From the NCBI GenBank assembly GCA_040768125.1, contig JAXGNG010000001.1, positions 1,095,318 through 1,159,317 on the forward strand: 64,000 nucleotides of DNA. The letters run 5' to 3'. Of the stretch, positions 10,144 to 19,191 are shown piece after piece. Numbering within the stretch: the stretch's first letter is position 1; the number at the start of each line of letters is the position of its first letter. This DNA comes from Spirochaetota bacterium (GTDB taxonomy: Bacteria; Spirochaetota; UBA4802; UBA5550). A program made the position numbers and the translations under genes. The notes beneath the pieces were generated by a model that did no database searches, was not told where the DNA came from, and saw only the letters and a program-made list of their open reading frames with translations.

Positions 10144-10401
10144 ATGAATGAGAAGAACGGGATCATCGAGAAATTCCGGACCCACGACAAGGACACCGGT
10201 TCGCCGGAGGTGCAGGTCGCGCTTCTGACCGACCGGATCAATCATCTGACGGAGCATTTCAAGACCCACGCGAAGGATTTCCATTCACGGAGGGGCCTTT
10301 TGAAGCTTGTCGGGCAGAGGAGACGGCTTCTCGATTATCTTAAAAAGAAGGATCTCAACCGCTATCGCGGCCTGATCAAGGAACTGGGAATCAGGAGATA
10401 G
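10144..10401 (+). CDS. rpsO: 30S ribosomal protein S15
   Basis: 85 aa; ...[54 protein letters not shown]... matches S15 nearly residue-for-residue. Confidence 0.95.
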   Translation: MNEKNGIIEKFRTHDKDTGSPEVQVALLTDRINHLTEHFKTHAKDFHSRRGLLKLVGQRRRLLDYLKKKDLNRYRGLIKELGIRR

Positions 10402-10402
10402 G

Positions 10403-10420
10403 CGGGGTTTCGATACCCCG
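10403..10420 (+). terminator. rpsO-distal stem-loop (terminator / RNase III-PNPase processing hairpin candidate)
   Basis: CGGGG-tttcgata-CCCCG lies immediately after the rpsO stop within the 178-nt rpsO-pnp spacer. No U-tract, so it is more likely a processing/attenuation structure, as in the E. coli rpsO-pnp leader. Confidence 0.3.
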
Positions 10421-10579
10421 GCTTCTCCGGGACGGCGTCGGTTTCGTGGGGCAGCCGCCGGGATATAGGAGCCAGGAAGCGCGTCAACTCCGGTTGCGGC
10501 GCTCCCTGACTTCTGCATTCCGGCATGCCGATGAAACGGTCCGATCTTCCCGGGGCGCCGGCGGCAACTTACAGCAGAG

Positions 10580-12664
10580 GTGACAGACATGTCAATCGAG
10601 TTCAGCGCGGAAGTCGGAAGACACAAACTGCAATTCAACACCGGATACCTGGCCCGGCAGGCCGACGGGTCCGTGGCGGTATCCTACGGCGAGGTGATCG
10701 TCTTCGCATCGGCGGTCATGTCCCGCAGCGTGAAGGAGGGGCAGGACTACTTTCCCCTCATGGTGGATTACCGCGAGAAGTTTTACGCCGCGGGCAAGAT
10801 CCCCGGCGGTTTCATCAAGAGGGAGTCGCGGCCGAGCGACAAGGAGGTCCTCACCAGCAGGCTCGCGGACCGTCCCATACGGCCCCTCTTTCCGAAGGAC
10901 TTCATCAACGAGGTCCAGATCATCATCTACGTGCTGTCGGCGGACCAGTCGAACCAGCAGGACATCCTGGCCATCAACGCCGCGTCGGCGGCCCTGATCG
11001 TGTCGGGCATGCCCTTTAACGGGCCCGTCGGCGCGGTGCGCGTGGGGCGCGTCAAGGGCGCCTGGATCGTGAACCCGACCTTCGCCGAGAGCGCCGAGAG
11101 CGATATCGACCTGGTCGTGGCGGGCACCGCGACGGCGGTGACCATGATCGAGGGCTCGTCGAAAAACATCTCGGAGAAGGACATGATCGACGCCGTGGAG
11201 TTTGCCCACGGACACATACGAAACATATGCGCGGCACAGGAAGAACTGAAGCGCGGGGTAAACCCGCCCCAGATCAGCTATGTTCCCTCGAAGATCGACG
11301 AAAAGCTCGTGGCGGAGATCAACGCGCGGTACCGAGGCGACGTGGAAAAGCTCTCGTCCCTCAAGAAAAAGCACGAGCGCGAGAACGCGAAGAACGAGCT
11401 CATGGAGCGCGCGGAAAGGGAGATGATGGAGCTCTTTCCCGAAACGGCGCGCCAGGCGCGCGGCATCATCGACGAGATCGACGGCGAGTTCGTGAGGAAA
11501 CGGATCCTCGAGAACGGCGAACGGGCCGACGGCCGCGGCCTCAAGGAGATCAGGAACATCGACATCATGCTGGGGCTCCTGCCGCGCGCCCACGGGTCCG
11601 CGGTGTTCACCCGGGGCGAGACCCAGAGCCTCGGCATCACGACACTCGGATCCGGTTCCGACGTCCAGAGGATGGACAACATCGACGGCGAGGGGGAGAA
11701 GCGCTTCATGCTCCACTACCATTTCCCGCCCTTCTCCGTCGGCGAGACGGGGCGGCACGGCGGCGTGGGGCGCCGTGAGATCGGCCACGGCATGCTCGCC
11801 GAGCGCGCCCTGGAATACGTGGTGCCCGATGGCGAGACGTTCCCCTACACCATCCGCCAGGTCTCCGAGATTCTGGAATCGAACGGATCATCCTCCATGG
11901 CCTCGGTCTGCTCGGCCTCGCTCTCGCTCTTCAACGCCGGCGTGCCCCTGAAGGCGGCGGTGGCCGGCATCGCCATGGGGCTCGTGATGGAGGGAGACAA
12001 GTACGCGGTATTGAGCGACATCCTCGGCCTCGAGGACCATCTCGGCGACATGGACTTCAAGGTCGCCGGCACCGAGGAGGGCATCACCGCCTTCCAGCTG
12101 GACATCAAGATACAGGGGATCACGCCGGAGATCATGCGCGCCGCCCTTGAACAGGCCAGGGAGGGACGGCTCCACATCCTCGGCATCATGAAGAAGGCGC
12201 TCCCGGCGCCGGAGAAGGAGCTTTCCCCCTACGCGCCGAAGATGAAGACCATCAAGATCAACCCGGAGAAGATCGGCGACGTGATCGGCCCCGGCGGCAA
12301 GATGATCCGCCGCATCCAGGACGAGACCGGCGCCGACATCAACATCGAGGACGACGGCTCGGTGACCCTCACGGGCCCCTCGCAGGATTCCGTGGAGCGC
12401 GCGGAGAAGTACATCCGGGGCCTCACCGACGAGATCGAGATCGACTCCGTCTACGAGGGAACGGTGCGGAGGATCTTCGATTTCGGTGCCATGGTGGAGA
12501 TCATGCCCGGCAAGGAGGGCCTCATCCACATCTCGAAGCTCGACTCGAAGCGGGTGAACCGCGTCGAGGACGTGGTCAATATCGGCGACAGGGTGAAGGT
12601 CCGCGTGATCAAGGTGGACGACCGGGGACGGATCGACCTGAGCAGAAAGGACGCGATGGACTGA
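10580..12664 (+). CDS. pnp: Polyribonucleotide nucleotidyltransferase (PNPase)
   Basis: 694 aa with two RNase PH domains, KH and a C-terminal S1 (...GTVRRIFDFGAMVEIMPGKEGLIHISKL...). Canonical position after rpsO. Confidence 0.95.
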   Translation: MTDMSIEFSAEVGRHKLQFNTGYLARQADGSVAVSYGEVIVFASAVMSRSVKEGQDYFPLMVDYREKFYAAGKIPGGFIKRESRPSDKEVLTSRLADRPIRPLFPKDFINEVQIIIYVLSADQSNQQDILAINAASAALIVSGMPFNGPVGAVRVGRVKGAWIVNPTFAESAESDIDLVVAGTATAVTMIEGSSKNISEKDMIDAVEFAHGHIRNICAAQEELKRGVNPPQISYVPSKIDEKLVAEINARYRGDVEKLSSLKKKHERENAKNELMERAEREMMELFPETARQARGIIDEIDGEFVRKRILENGERADGRGLKEIRNIDIMLGLLPRAHGSAVFTRGETQSLGITTLGSGSDVQRMDNIDGEGEKRFMLHYHFPPFSVGETGRHGGVGRREIGHGMLAERALEYVVPDGETFPYTIRQVSEILESNGSSSMASVCSASLSLFNAGVPLKAAVAGIAMGLVMEGDKYAVLSDILGLEDHLGDMDFKVAGTEEGITAFQLDIKIQGITPEIMRAALEQAREGRLHILGIMKKALPAPEKELSPYAPKMKTIKINPEKIGDVIGPGGKMIRRIQDETGADINIEDDGSVTLTGPSQDSVERAEKYIRGLTDEIEIDSVYEGTVRRIFDFGAMVEIMPGKEGLIHISKLDSKRVNRVEDVVNIGDRVKVRVIKVDDRGRIDLSRKDAMD

Positions 12665-12675
12665 TCCGGCAGTAA

Positions 12676-13935
12676 ATGGTATACACCTACGCACAGGATA
12701 ACGGCATCTCAGCGGTTCTCGAGCCCATTCCCGGGGTCGTGTCCGTGTCCGTGGGCCTCTGGATAAAGACAGGGTCGCGGAACGAGCCCGAGGGGAACCA
12801 CGGCTACGCGCATTTCATAGAGCACATGCTCTTCAAGGGAACTGAGCGGCACACGGCGAAGGAAATCGCCGCCATGATAGACCGCGTCGGCGGACAGCAC
12901 AACGCCGCGACGAACCGCGAGTATACCTGCTACTACATCAACGTGATCTCCGACCATCTCGATCTGGCACTCTCGCTCATCGCCGAGACCTACTATGATT
13001 CACTCTTCGACCGGGGCGAGCTCGAGAAGGAAAAGAACGTCGTCATGGAAGAGATCCGGATGTACGAGGACACGCCTGACGAGCTCATCCACGACGTGTT
13101 CATGGAGTCGATGCTGAAGGGCCATCCCCTCGGGCATTCCATCCTCGGAACGGGCGAAAGCATTGGCGGCATCACCAGGGAGAGTCTCGTCGATTTTTTC
13201 AGCGGGCAGTACCGTAACGACAACGCCGTGATCGCCATCGCGGGGAATTTCGAGAGAAAGCGGGCCGAGGAGCTTATCGGGAAATTCTTCGGCCGCGTCA
13301 ACGGGAAGAAGGGCGCCCCGGCGCCGCCGGCGCCGGAGCCCCGGAGGGATGAATTCCGGCATATCGAGAAGGACCTGGAGCAGGTCCACGTCTGCCTCGG
13401 CGCCGGCGGGATGCGTCGCGACGATGACGACCGCTGGCCCCTCTATATCATGAGCACGGTCCTGGGGGGGAGCATGTCGTCCCGTCTCTTCCAGAACATC
13501 CGGGAGAAGGAGGGGCTCAGCTACTCGGTCTACTCGTTTCATTCCTCCTACAGCGACACGGGCATCTTCGGCATCTACTGCGCGACCCTGCCCGAAAACT
13601 TCGACCGGGTCATCGACATGATGGCGAAGGAGTGCCGCGACATCGCCGGGAAGGGCGTGACCGCCGAGGAGCTCCAGGACACCAAGGATTTCCTCAAGGG
13701 AAACCTCGCCCTCAGCCTTGAAAGCGTGGAGGTGAGGATGGGACAGCTCGCCAAGGACGCCATAACGTTTCGAAGAAGCTTCAGTTTCGGCGAGATCGTC
13801 GACATGATCAACCGGGTCACGCTCGATGATGTAATGCGGGTATGCCATCGCGTCTTCGGTTCAAGGAAGCTCACGGTGGTGACCGTGGGGAGCCTCCCGG
13901 AGGGGCGGGTTCCCGATGCGCCTCTCGCCTGGTAA
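12676..13935 (+). CDS. M16-family zinc peptidase (pitrilysin/YmxG-like)
   Basis: HxxEH zinc motif HFIEHMLFKGT with a downstream E (NAATNREYTCYY) and an inactive-like C-terminal half. Its start is 11 nt after the pnp stop, as in Bacillus pnp-ymxG. Confidence 0.9.
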   Translation: MVYTYAQDNGISAVLEPIPGVVSVSVGLWIKTGSRNEPEGNHGYAHFIEHMLFKGTERHTAKEIAAMIDRVGGQHNAATNREYTCYYINVISDHLDLALSLIAETYYDSLFDRGELEKEKNVVMEEIRMYEDTPDELIHDVFMESMLKGHPLGHSILGTGESIGGITRESLVDFFSGQYRNDNAVIAIAGNFERKRAEELIGKFFGRVNGKKGAPAPPAPEPRRDEFRHIEKDLEQVHVCLGAGGMRRDDDDRWPLYIMSTVLGGSMSSRLFQNIREKEGLSYSVYSFHSSYSDTGIFGIYCATLPENFDRVIDMMAKECRDIAGKGVTAEELQDTKDFLKGNLALSLESVEVRMGQLAKDAITFRRSFSFGEIVDMINRVTLDDVMRVCHRVFGSRKLTVVTVGSLPEGRVPDAPLAW

Positions 13936-14072
13936 CGGCGCGTTTCCGGCCGAATTTTTTCTTCCGAAACCGTTTTTTGCTTTACTTAAAAAAAGCCCGC
14001 GTGCATAAATAAGCCGGTCTTCGCGGGGCGCGGGCCATCGAGCCCGGCACATTAATCATTCGGAGAGGCGAT

Positions 14073-14498
14073 ATGGCGTCTAAGAGCGACGGCATGAACA
14101 GCACCATCGGGGAAGGGTCCGTATTCGAGGGCAAGTTCTACATCAGCGGTTCCCTGCGTATCGACGGCAAGTTCGAGGGTGACATAAAAACAGACGAGGA
14201 ACTCGTGGTCGGTGAAACCGGAAAGGTGAAAACGGACATCCACGCCAAATCCGTCGTCGTGGCCGGCACGGTGATCGGCAACATCACCGCGCGGAGCGAA
14301 GTGCGTCTCATGGAGACCGGGAAAATACTGGGCGACATCACGGCCCCCACGGTGCTTCTCCAGAAGGGAGTTGTCGTGTCGGGTCAATTCAACATAACCG
14401 GCAACCACAAGAAGGATGCGAAGAAAATCGTCGAGGAATCCTACCAGGGAGGCTCCTCCTCCGACGTGTCGGACATCCGCAACATCGGTTCGAGATAG
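14073..14498 (+). CDS. Bactofilin (DUF583) cytoskeletal protein
   Basis: 141 aa; repetitive beta-helical core GKFEGDIKTDEELVVGETGKVKTDIHAKSVVVAGTVIGNITARSEVRL... typical of bactofilins (CcmA/BacA). GGAGAGG RBS upstream. Confidence 0.85.
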   Translation: MASKSDGMNSTIGEGSVFEGKFYISGSLRIDGKFEGDIKTDEELVVGETGKVKTDIHAKSVVVAGTVIGNITARSEVRLMETGKILGDITAPTVLLQKGVVVSGQFNITGNHKKDAKKIVEESYQGGSSSDVSDIRNIGSR

Positions 14499-14652
14499 GC
14501 CGGGGCGGGAAGGACGTCGCGGCGCGGGGAGCCCTTTGCTGACGGCGTTTTTCCTTCCCGTAAACGATTAAATAATATCCGATGATGCGCCGAAGGTAAT
14601 ATCAGGCAGTTGTTTTTTAAGCGCTACCGGAAGGCGGGATCAACCAGGGGTC

Positions 14653-15768
14653 ATGAGGCAGATTTTTTCACGGACATACAAGATCGGGAGGTTCACCGTC
14701 TCTTTGTTTTCAAACGAGATCGTGGTGGTCTTCATCGGCGATCGCAAGATATTCATCAAGACCTTCCGCCTCAACCTCCTTGCCATGCTGAAGGGACGCC
14801 GTACGCGGACCCGTCCGAAGAAATCCCCGGCAATCGTACCGCGCATCAGCATTTTTTCCCCACCCCGAAAGCCCCGGCACCGACTGAAGCTCGCCTTCGC
14901 TCTCGGGGTGGCGATCGTGTCGGTGATCCTCCTGTTCTCCCTCTATCCCACCGGCGACGATGGCCCGGCGCAGGAAGAGGACGAGATCATCAAGAAGAGC
15001 CTGGTGGAGTCGAAACAGACCGATTACTCGAAACCCGAGGAGCGGCAGAAGCTCGTGATCAGCGAGCACAGGGTCGTCGCGGGCGAGAGCCTTCACCGGA
15101 TCGCGAAGAAATACGGCGTGTCGATCGATACGATCAGGGGAACCAACAACCTGACGTCGGACTTTCTCAAGGTAGGCGTCGTTCTGAAGATACCGAACAA
15201 GGACGGCATTCTTTACAAGGTGCCGAAGGGTGGAGGCCTTGTCGCCATTGCCCAGCGCTACAAGGTTTCGCTCAAGAAGATCATCGACGAGAATGATCTC
15301 AAGAACCCCGACTTCGTGGCGACCAACACCGTCCTTTTTATTCCCGACGCGAAGCCCCTCAACATCTCCACGGGTTTCATCTGGCCCGCGCCGGGGAGGT
15401 TCGTCACCTGCGGGTACGGATGGCGGAGGAACCCCTTCAACCCGAGGTATCGCGAGTTCCACGCCGGCATCGACATCCGCGCGCGGTACCAGTGGATCAG
15501 GGCGTCGAAGTACGGGAAGATCACCTACACGGGATGGCTCGGGGGATACGGCAAGACGGTGATCATCGCCCATCCCGGGGGATACAAGACCCTCTACGCG
15601 CACCTCTCCCGCATCATCGTGAGGAGAGGGCAGTACGTGAAGCAGGGGCAGACAATCGCCCAGAGCGGCAACACCGGGCGCTCCACGGGGGCCCATCTCC
15701 ATTTCGAGATCATCAAGCACGGAAGGAACATCAATCCCTACGTGTATTTCCGCAAGAGAAGGCGCTGA
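14653..15768 (+). CDS. LysM-LysM-M23 (LytM-type) metallopeptidase with N-terminal TM anchor
   Basis: TM segment LKLAFALGVAIVSVILLFSL; two LysM repeats (HRVVAGESLHRIAKKYGVSIDTI and YKVPKGGGLVAIAQRYKVSLKKII); M23 motifs HAGIDI and GAHLHFEI. Alternative start at 14785. Confidence 0.85.
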   Translation: MRQIFSRTYKIGRFTVSLFSNEIVVVFIGDRKIFIKTFRLNLLAMLKGRRTRTRPKKSPAIVPRISIFSPPRKPRHRLKLAFALGVAIVSVILLFSLYPTGDDGPAQEEDEIIKKSLVESKQTDYSKPEERQKLVISEHRVVAGESLHRIAKKYGVSIDTIRGTNNLTSDFLKVGVVLKIPNKDGILYKVPKGGGLVAIAQRYKVSLKKIIDENDLKNPDFVATNTVLFIPDAKPLNISTGFIWPAPGRFVTCGYGWRRNPFNPRYREFHAGIDIRARYQWIRASKYGKITYTGWLGGYGKTVIIAHPGGYKTLYAHLSRIIVRRGQYVKQGQTIAQSGNTGRSTGAHLHFEIIKHGRNINPYVYFRKRRR

Positions 15769-15901
15769 GGCGCTTGTGAGGTGGTTTCTGAGCCCCACAT
15801 GAGATGAAAGCCCGCGGGATGCCGTGGGCTTTTGCGTCTGTACCAGATCCCCCGGGACCGCGCTCCGCGGCCGATGCGTAAAATAACGGACATCGCAGAA
15901 A

Positions 15902-16675
15902 ATGCTGCAAACCGCGAGTTCGCAACGACAGGTGAAACGGATGCCCGATATCAGGAAGCGGACCTTCATTGACCGAACGAAGCACAACATGTTTATCGCG
16001 ATAAACTTCATTTTTATCTCGATATTGATGGGCTACGGCATTTACCAGCTTGTCTTCGGGACTACTCTGGTGGGCGTCGCGGAGGTCATGGTCTCTCTCC
16101 TCCTCTATGGTTCCCTTTTTCTATTCGTTAAAAAAATCACTTTCATTACCACGATAGTAATGTCAATGACCACCTTCTACGTCATGTCCCTGTTCCTCTT
16201 CATCAGCGGCGGGATCCATTGCACGGGCATATACTGGCTTTTTATCATTCCCATCGTCTATTTTTTCTTCATGGGGCTTAAATGGGGCGTGGTTCTTTTT
16301 CTCGTCCAGCTGCTTTCGATCGCGGTCATTTTCCTGCTGTCGCTCAAGCAGGTTGTGGCAATTCCCTATGACAGGAAGACCATCATGCTGTTTCTCGTCA
16401 TTTCAATCTGCGAGCTGATCATACTCATCAGCCATGAAATAGTACTGCAGAAGTACAGGTCCGAGGTAAAGGTGATGAGCGGCCTCCTGCCCATCTGCTC
16501 CAGCTGCAAGAAGATCCGTGACGACGAGGGATACTGGAACCGCCTCGAAACATATATCGAAACCCATTCGGATGCATACTTCAGCCATGGCCTCTGCCAG
16601 GAATGTGAAAAGAAGCTTTACGGAAAAGAGGAATGGTATCGCGAAGCGCAGGGCAAGAAAAACGAAAATACTTGA
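15902..16675 (+). CDS. Multi-pass membrane protein with C-terminal Cys/His-rich module (CxxC...H...H...CxxC)
   Basis: 6-7 hydrophobic helices in an AT-rich gene. C-terminus LPICSSCKKIRDDEGYWNRLETYIETHSDAYFSHGLCQECEKK resembles a recurring zinc-ribbon-like tail of bacterial membrane sensors. No kinase, GGDEF or other output domain. Confidence 0.6.
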   Translation: MLQTASSQRQVKRMPDIRKRTFIDRTKHNMFIAINFIFISILMGYGIYQLVFGTTLVGVAEVMVSLLLYGSLFLFVKKITFITTIVMSMTTFYVMSLFLFISGGIHCTGIYWLFIIPIVYFFFMGLKWGVVLFLVQLLSIAVIFLLSLKQVVAIPYDRKTIMLFLVISICELIILISHEIVLQKYRSEVKVMSGLLPICSSCKKIRDDEGYWNRLETYIETHSDAYFSHGLCQECEKKLYGKEEWYREAQGKKNENT

Positions 16676-16882
16676 GGGCGCGCCTCGCCCCTTCTTCGCG
16701 TTTCAACCATGAACCGTCGCTGTTTCGCGCGGCAGCGACGTGCGCGAAAATTTTCCCGCCAGCGCGACCGTCCGATAAAATATCACTTGTCATGGAGTTC
16801 GCGGTGTTGTACTGTTTATATCCCAGCGTGAATCGCCCGAATGCGCCTTCGCCCGTTTCGGGCGAGGGGGCATGGCTGTGAG

Positions 16883-17743
16883 ATGAAGATAGACGTCAAC
16901 AGGATCCGCCGGCTCTTCGAAAAACACGGAGGGGAGTTCCGGTGTCGGTACCAGGCCGACGTGGTGGCCGGGGGAAAGAAGTTCAAGGCGGGATCGGAGA
17001 TAACCCATCGTGACATTGATCTCCTCGCGCAATCCGGCGTCAGGCGGATCGAGGTGAAGTACGATGTCACACTTTACGAGTACCTGAGCCACGAGTTCCC
17101 GGCGGAGTTCCGGAGGCCCCTGCACTGGCTCGACTACTACGCCCTGGACCAGTACCTGGAGGAGCTCGAGCAGGTAAACGCCCGCTCGGGGCGGAAGCGC
17201 CACCTTGCCCTGGTCGGCGACGTCTACCGGAGCGACGGAAAATCAGGCGGCACCGAGATCGTCTTCCGCCACGGCGACCGCCTTGATTACCAGAAGTGGA
17301 AGAGCAGCAAGATCTTCATCGCCAGCGGCCAGAAGTTTTTCGTCCGGAGCTCGGAGAACGGCGTCATTCTTTTCGGCGACATCAGGTCGGAGGACTACGC
17401 GGACGACGACGGCTTCAGGAAAAGGATCGACCTCGTGCAGGCGATGGAGGCGCGGCGGGGGGACAAGAAATACGAGATATCCCCCGACTTCATTCCCCGC
17501 CTGGACGTGCGGGCCGTCGCGCTTCCCGGGAAGCTGGCCGAGGAGTACATCTCGTCGGGCGCCAGGCTCGTCGTTCTGGGCGAGAAAATCACCTCCGCCC
17601 ACAAGGAGGCGATCCTCCAGGTGAAGGCGTACGATCCCTTCGTCAGGATGATGGTGACGCCGCCCATCAGCCCCCAGAATATCGATCACGTCCTTCTCCA
17701 GATGAAGATGATGTATACCACCGATCGGTGGAAGAAGAGGTGA
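16883..17743 (+). CDS. Hypothetical protein (no recognisable domain)
   Basis: Coding-like composition; GAGGGGG RBS upstream of ATG 16883 (track start 16841 is over-extended). No motifs recognised. Confidence 0.5.
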   Translation: MKIDVNRIRRLFEKHGGEFRCRYQADVVAGGKKFKAGSEITHRDIDLLAQSGVRRIEVKYDVTLYEYLSHEFPAEFRRPLHWLDYYALDQYLEELEQVNARSGRKRHLALVGDVYRSDGKSGGTEIVFRHGDRLDYQKWKSSKIFIASGQKFFVRSSENGVILFGDIRSEDYADDDGFRKRIDLVQAMEARRGDKKYEISPDFIPRLDVRAVALPGKLAEEYISSGARLVVLGEKITSAHKEAILQVKAYDPFVRMMVTPPISPQNIDHVLLQMKMMYTTDRWKKR

Positions 17744-17808
17744 CGCCGCGGGCTCCATGGTCGCGGAAGGCCATCGCCTCGACGGACCGGTAAACGGGGG
17801 AACGTGCC

Positions 17809-18927
17809 GTGAAATCAATACTGTTCAGCTTCGCGAAGGAATTCGAGGCCGATATCAAGAACATCCCGGCGCGCCTGGAGCGCACCGAATCCAGGAAAGC
17901 GGCGGCGTTCCTGGTCGTTTTCTCGATCATCTTCGCGCTCCTCCCCCTGGCCGCAGTGCTCTGGACCCTCCGCGAAGGGCAGTTCGATCCCCGCATGCTC
18001 GGCGTCGCCATACCGTTTTTCCTCATCGGCCTGGCCGTGTTCATCCACGGGGTAAACCTGGGGATCAAAAAAACCGTCGTCGATATCGGCTACGACGAGG
18101 TGCGCTATCGCTTCAGGTCGCTCTTTAAAAAAACCGAATGGGCCGAGAAGCTGGGGTCCTTCCGCGGGGTCCTGGTGAAGAAAAAAATGCGGGGCAAACA
18201 TGACTGCAACATTATCGAGCTACACCATGACCGCGAAGACCGCCGCGTCGAGCTCGCGGTCTACCTGACGAACCTGGTCCCGGAATCCCACGTGCGCGAA
18301 AAGTGGGAGGAGTACAGCCGCCGTCTTGATCTTCCCGCCATGCGGGAGACCGCGGACGGCGTGACCGCGCGGGACCCGGGAGACGCGGGGACTGCCATCC
18401 GCGACCTCCATCGCGACGATGGGGATGCCGTCGTTGAGGTCCCGCCTCCACCGGGGGGATTGGCCCTGGGCCAGTCCGGGGGGTTCCAGGAGGTGGACAT
18501 CACGTCCAAGAGGACCCTTCGCCCAGGGACTCTTTTCCTGCTTCTACTGTCGGCACTCCTGGTGTGGATAGGGTTCTTTGCGAGGAATGACCGGCCCCTG
18601 AATTTTATCGCCGTGGGGGCTTTTGGCTCCGTCATGGGGGGGTGGGTGATGCTCTACACCTTCTTCGACCTGCTGACGACGCAGAGCCTGCGCTTCATGG
18701 CTGATAAAGTGATACTTTTCCGGAAGACCCCCTTCGGCCGAACGAGGGGCAAAAGCGTGTACGCGGGACAGGTGAGGGACGTGCGCGTGGACCTCGGCAC
18801 GGTGCACCGCGTCAACGCCCTCGTCATCGACGCGGGAAAGAACAGCCTGCAGATGGGCCACGGCCTTCCCATGGAAAGCCTCCGATGGCTGCGGGACTTC
18901 ACGATCGAAAAAATCAGGGCGTCCTGA
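17809..18927 (+). CDS. Membrane protein with internal duplication (2TM + soluble bPH-like module, twice)
   Basis: Two hydrophobic hairpins (AAFLVVFSIIFALLPLAAVLW...AIPFFLIGLAVFIHGV and LFLLLLSALLVWIGFF...FIAVGAFGSVMGGWVMLYTFF), each followed by a ~100-aa soluble segment. Architecture is reminiscent of YdbS/YdbT bacterial-PH (DUF304) proteins. Confidence 0.5.
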   Translation: MKSILFSFAKEFEADIKNIPARLERTESRKAAAFLVVFSIIFALLPLAAVLWTLREGQFDPRMLGVAIPFFLIGLAVFIHGVNLGIKKTVVDIGYDEVRYRFRSLFKKTEWAEKLGSFRGVLVKKKMRGKHDCNIIELHHDREDRRVELAVYLTNLVPESHVREKWEEYSRRLDLPAMRETADGVTARDPGDAGTAIRDLHRDDGDAVVEVPPPPGGLALGQSGGFQEVDITSKRTLRPGTLFLLLLSALLVWIGFFARNDRPLNFIAVGAFGSVMGGWVMLYTFFDLLTTQSLRFMADKVILFRKTPFGRTRGKSVYAGQVRDVRVDLGTVHRVNALVIDAGKNSLQMGHGLPMESLRWLRDFTIEKIRAS

Positions 18928-19191
18928 GGGACCTGCACGGGCATTCATGGCGGTCCCGGGCCGCCCGCCATCCCTGCGCGCATTCCCGCTGAGAGTCTCA
19001 CTACCACCTGATTGGCGACATGCAACCCCGCGTATTGATTACGCGCAATGGCCATCAGGGTCCCGCGGAAGGGTATACCCATCAAGGCTTCCCGCCGGGA
19101 ATAAATGCTCGACAGGGGGACGCCCATGGGTATAATGATTTTAATCAGGATACTGTCATCCTGGCAATCACCCATGCCGCGAGGAGCAGAT

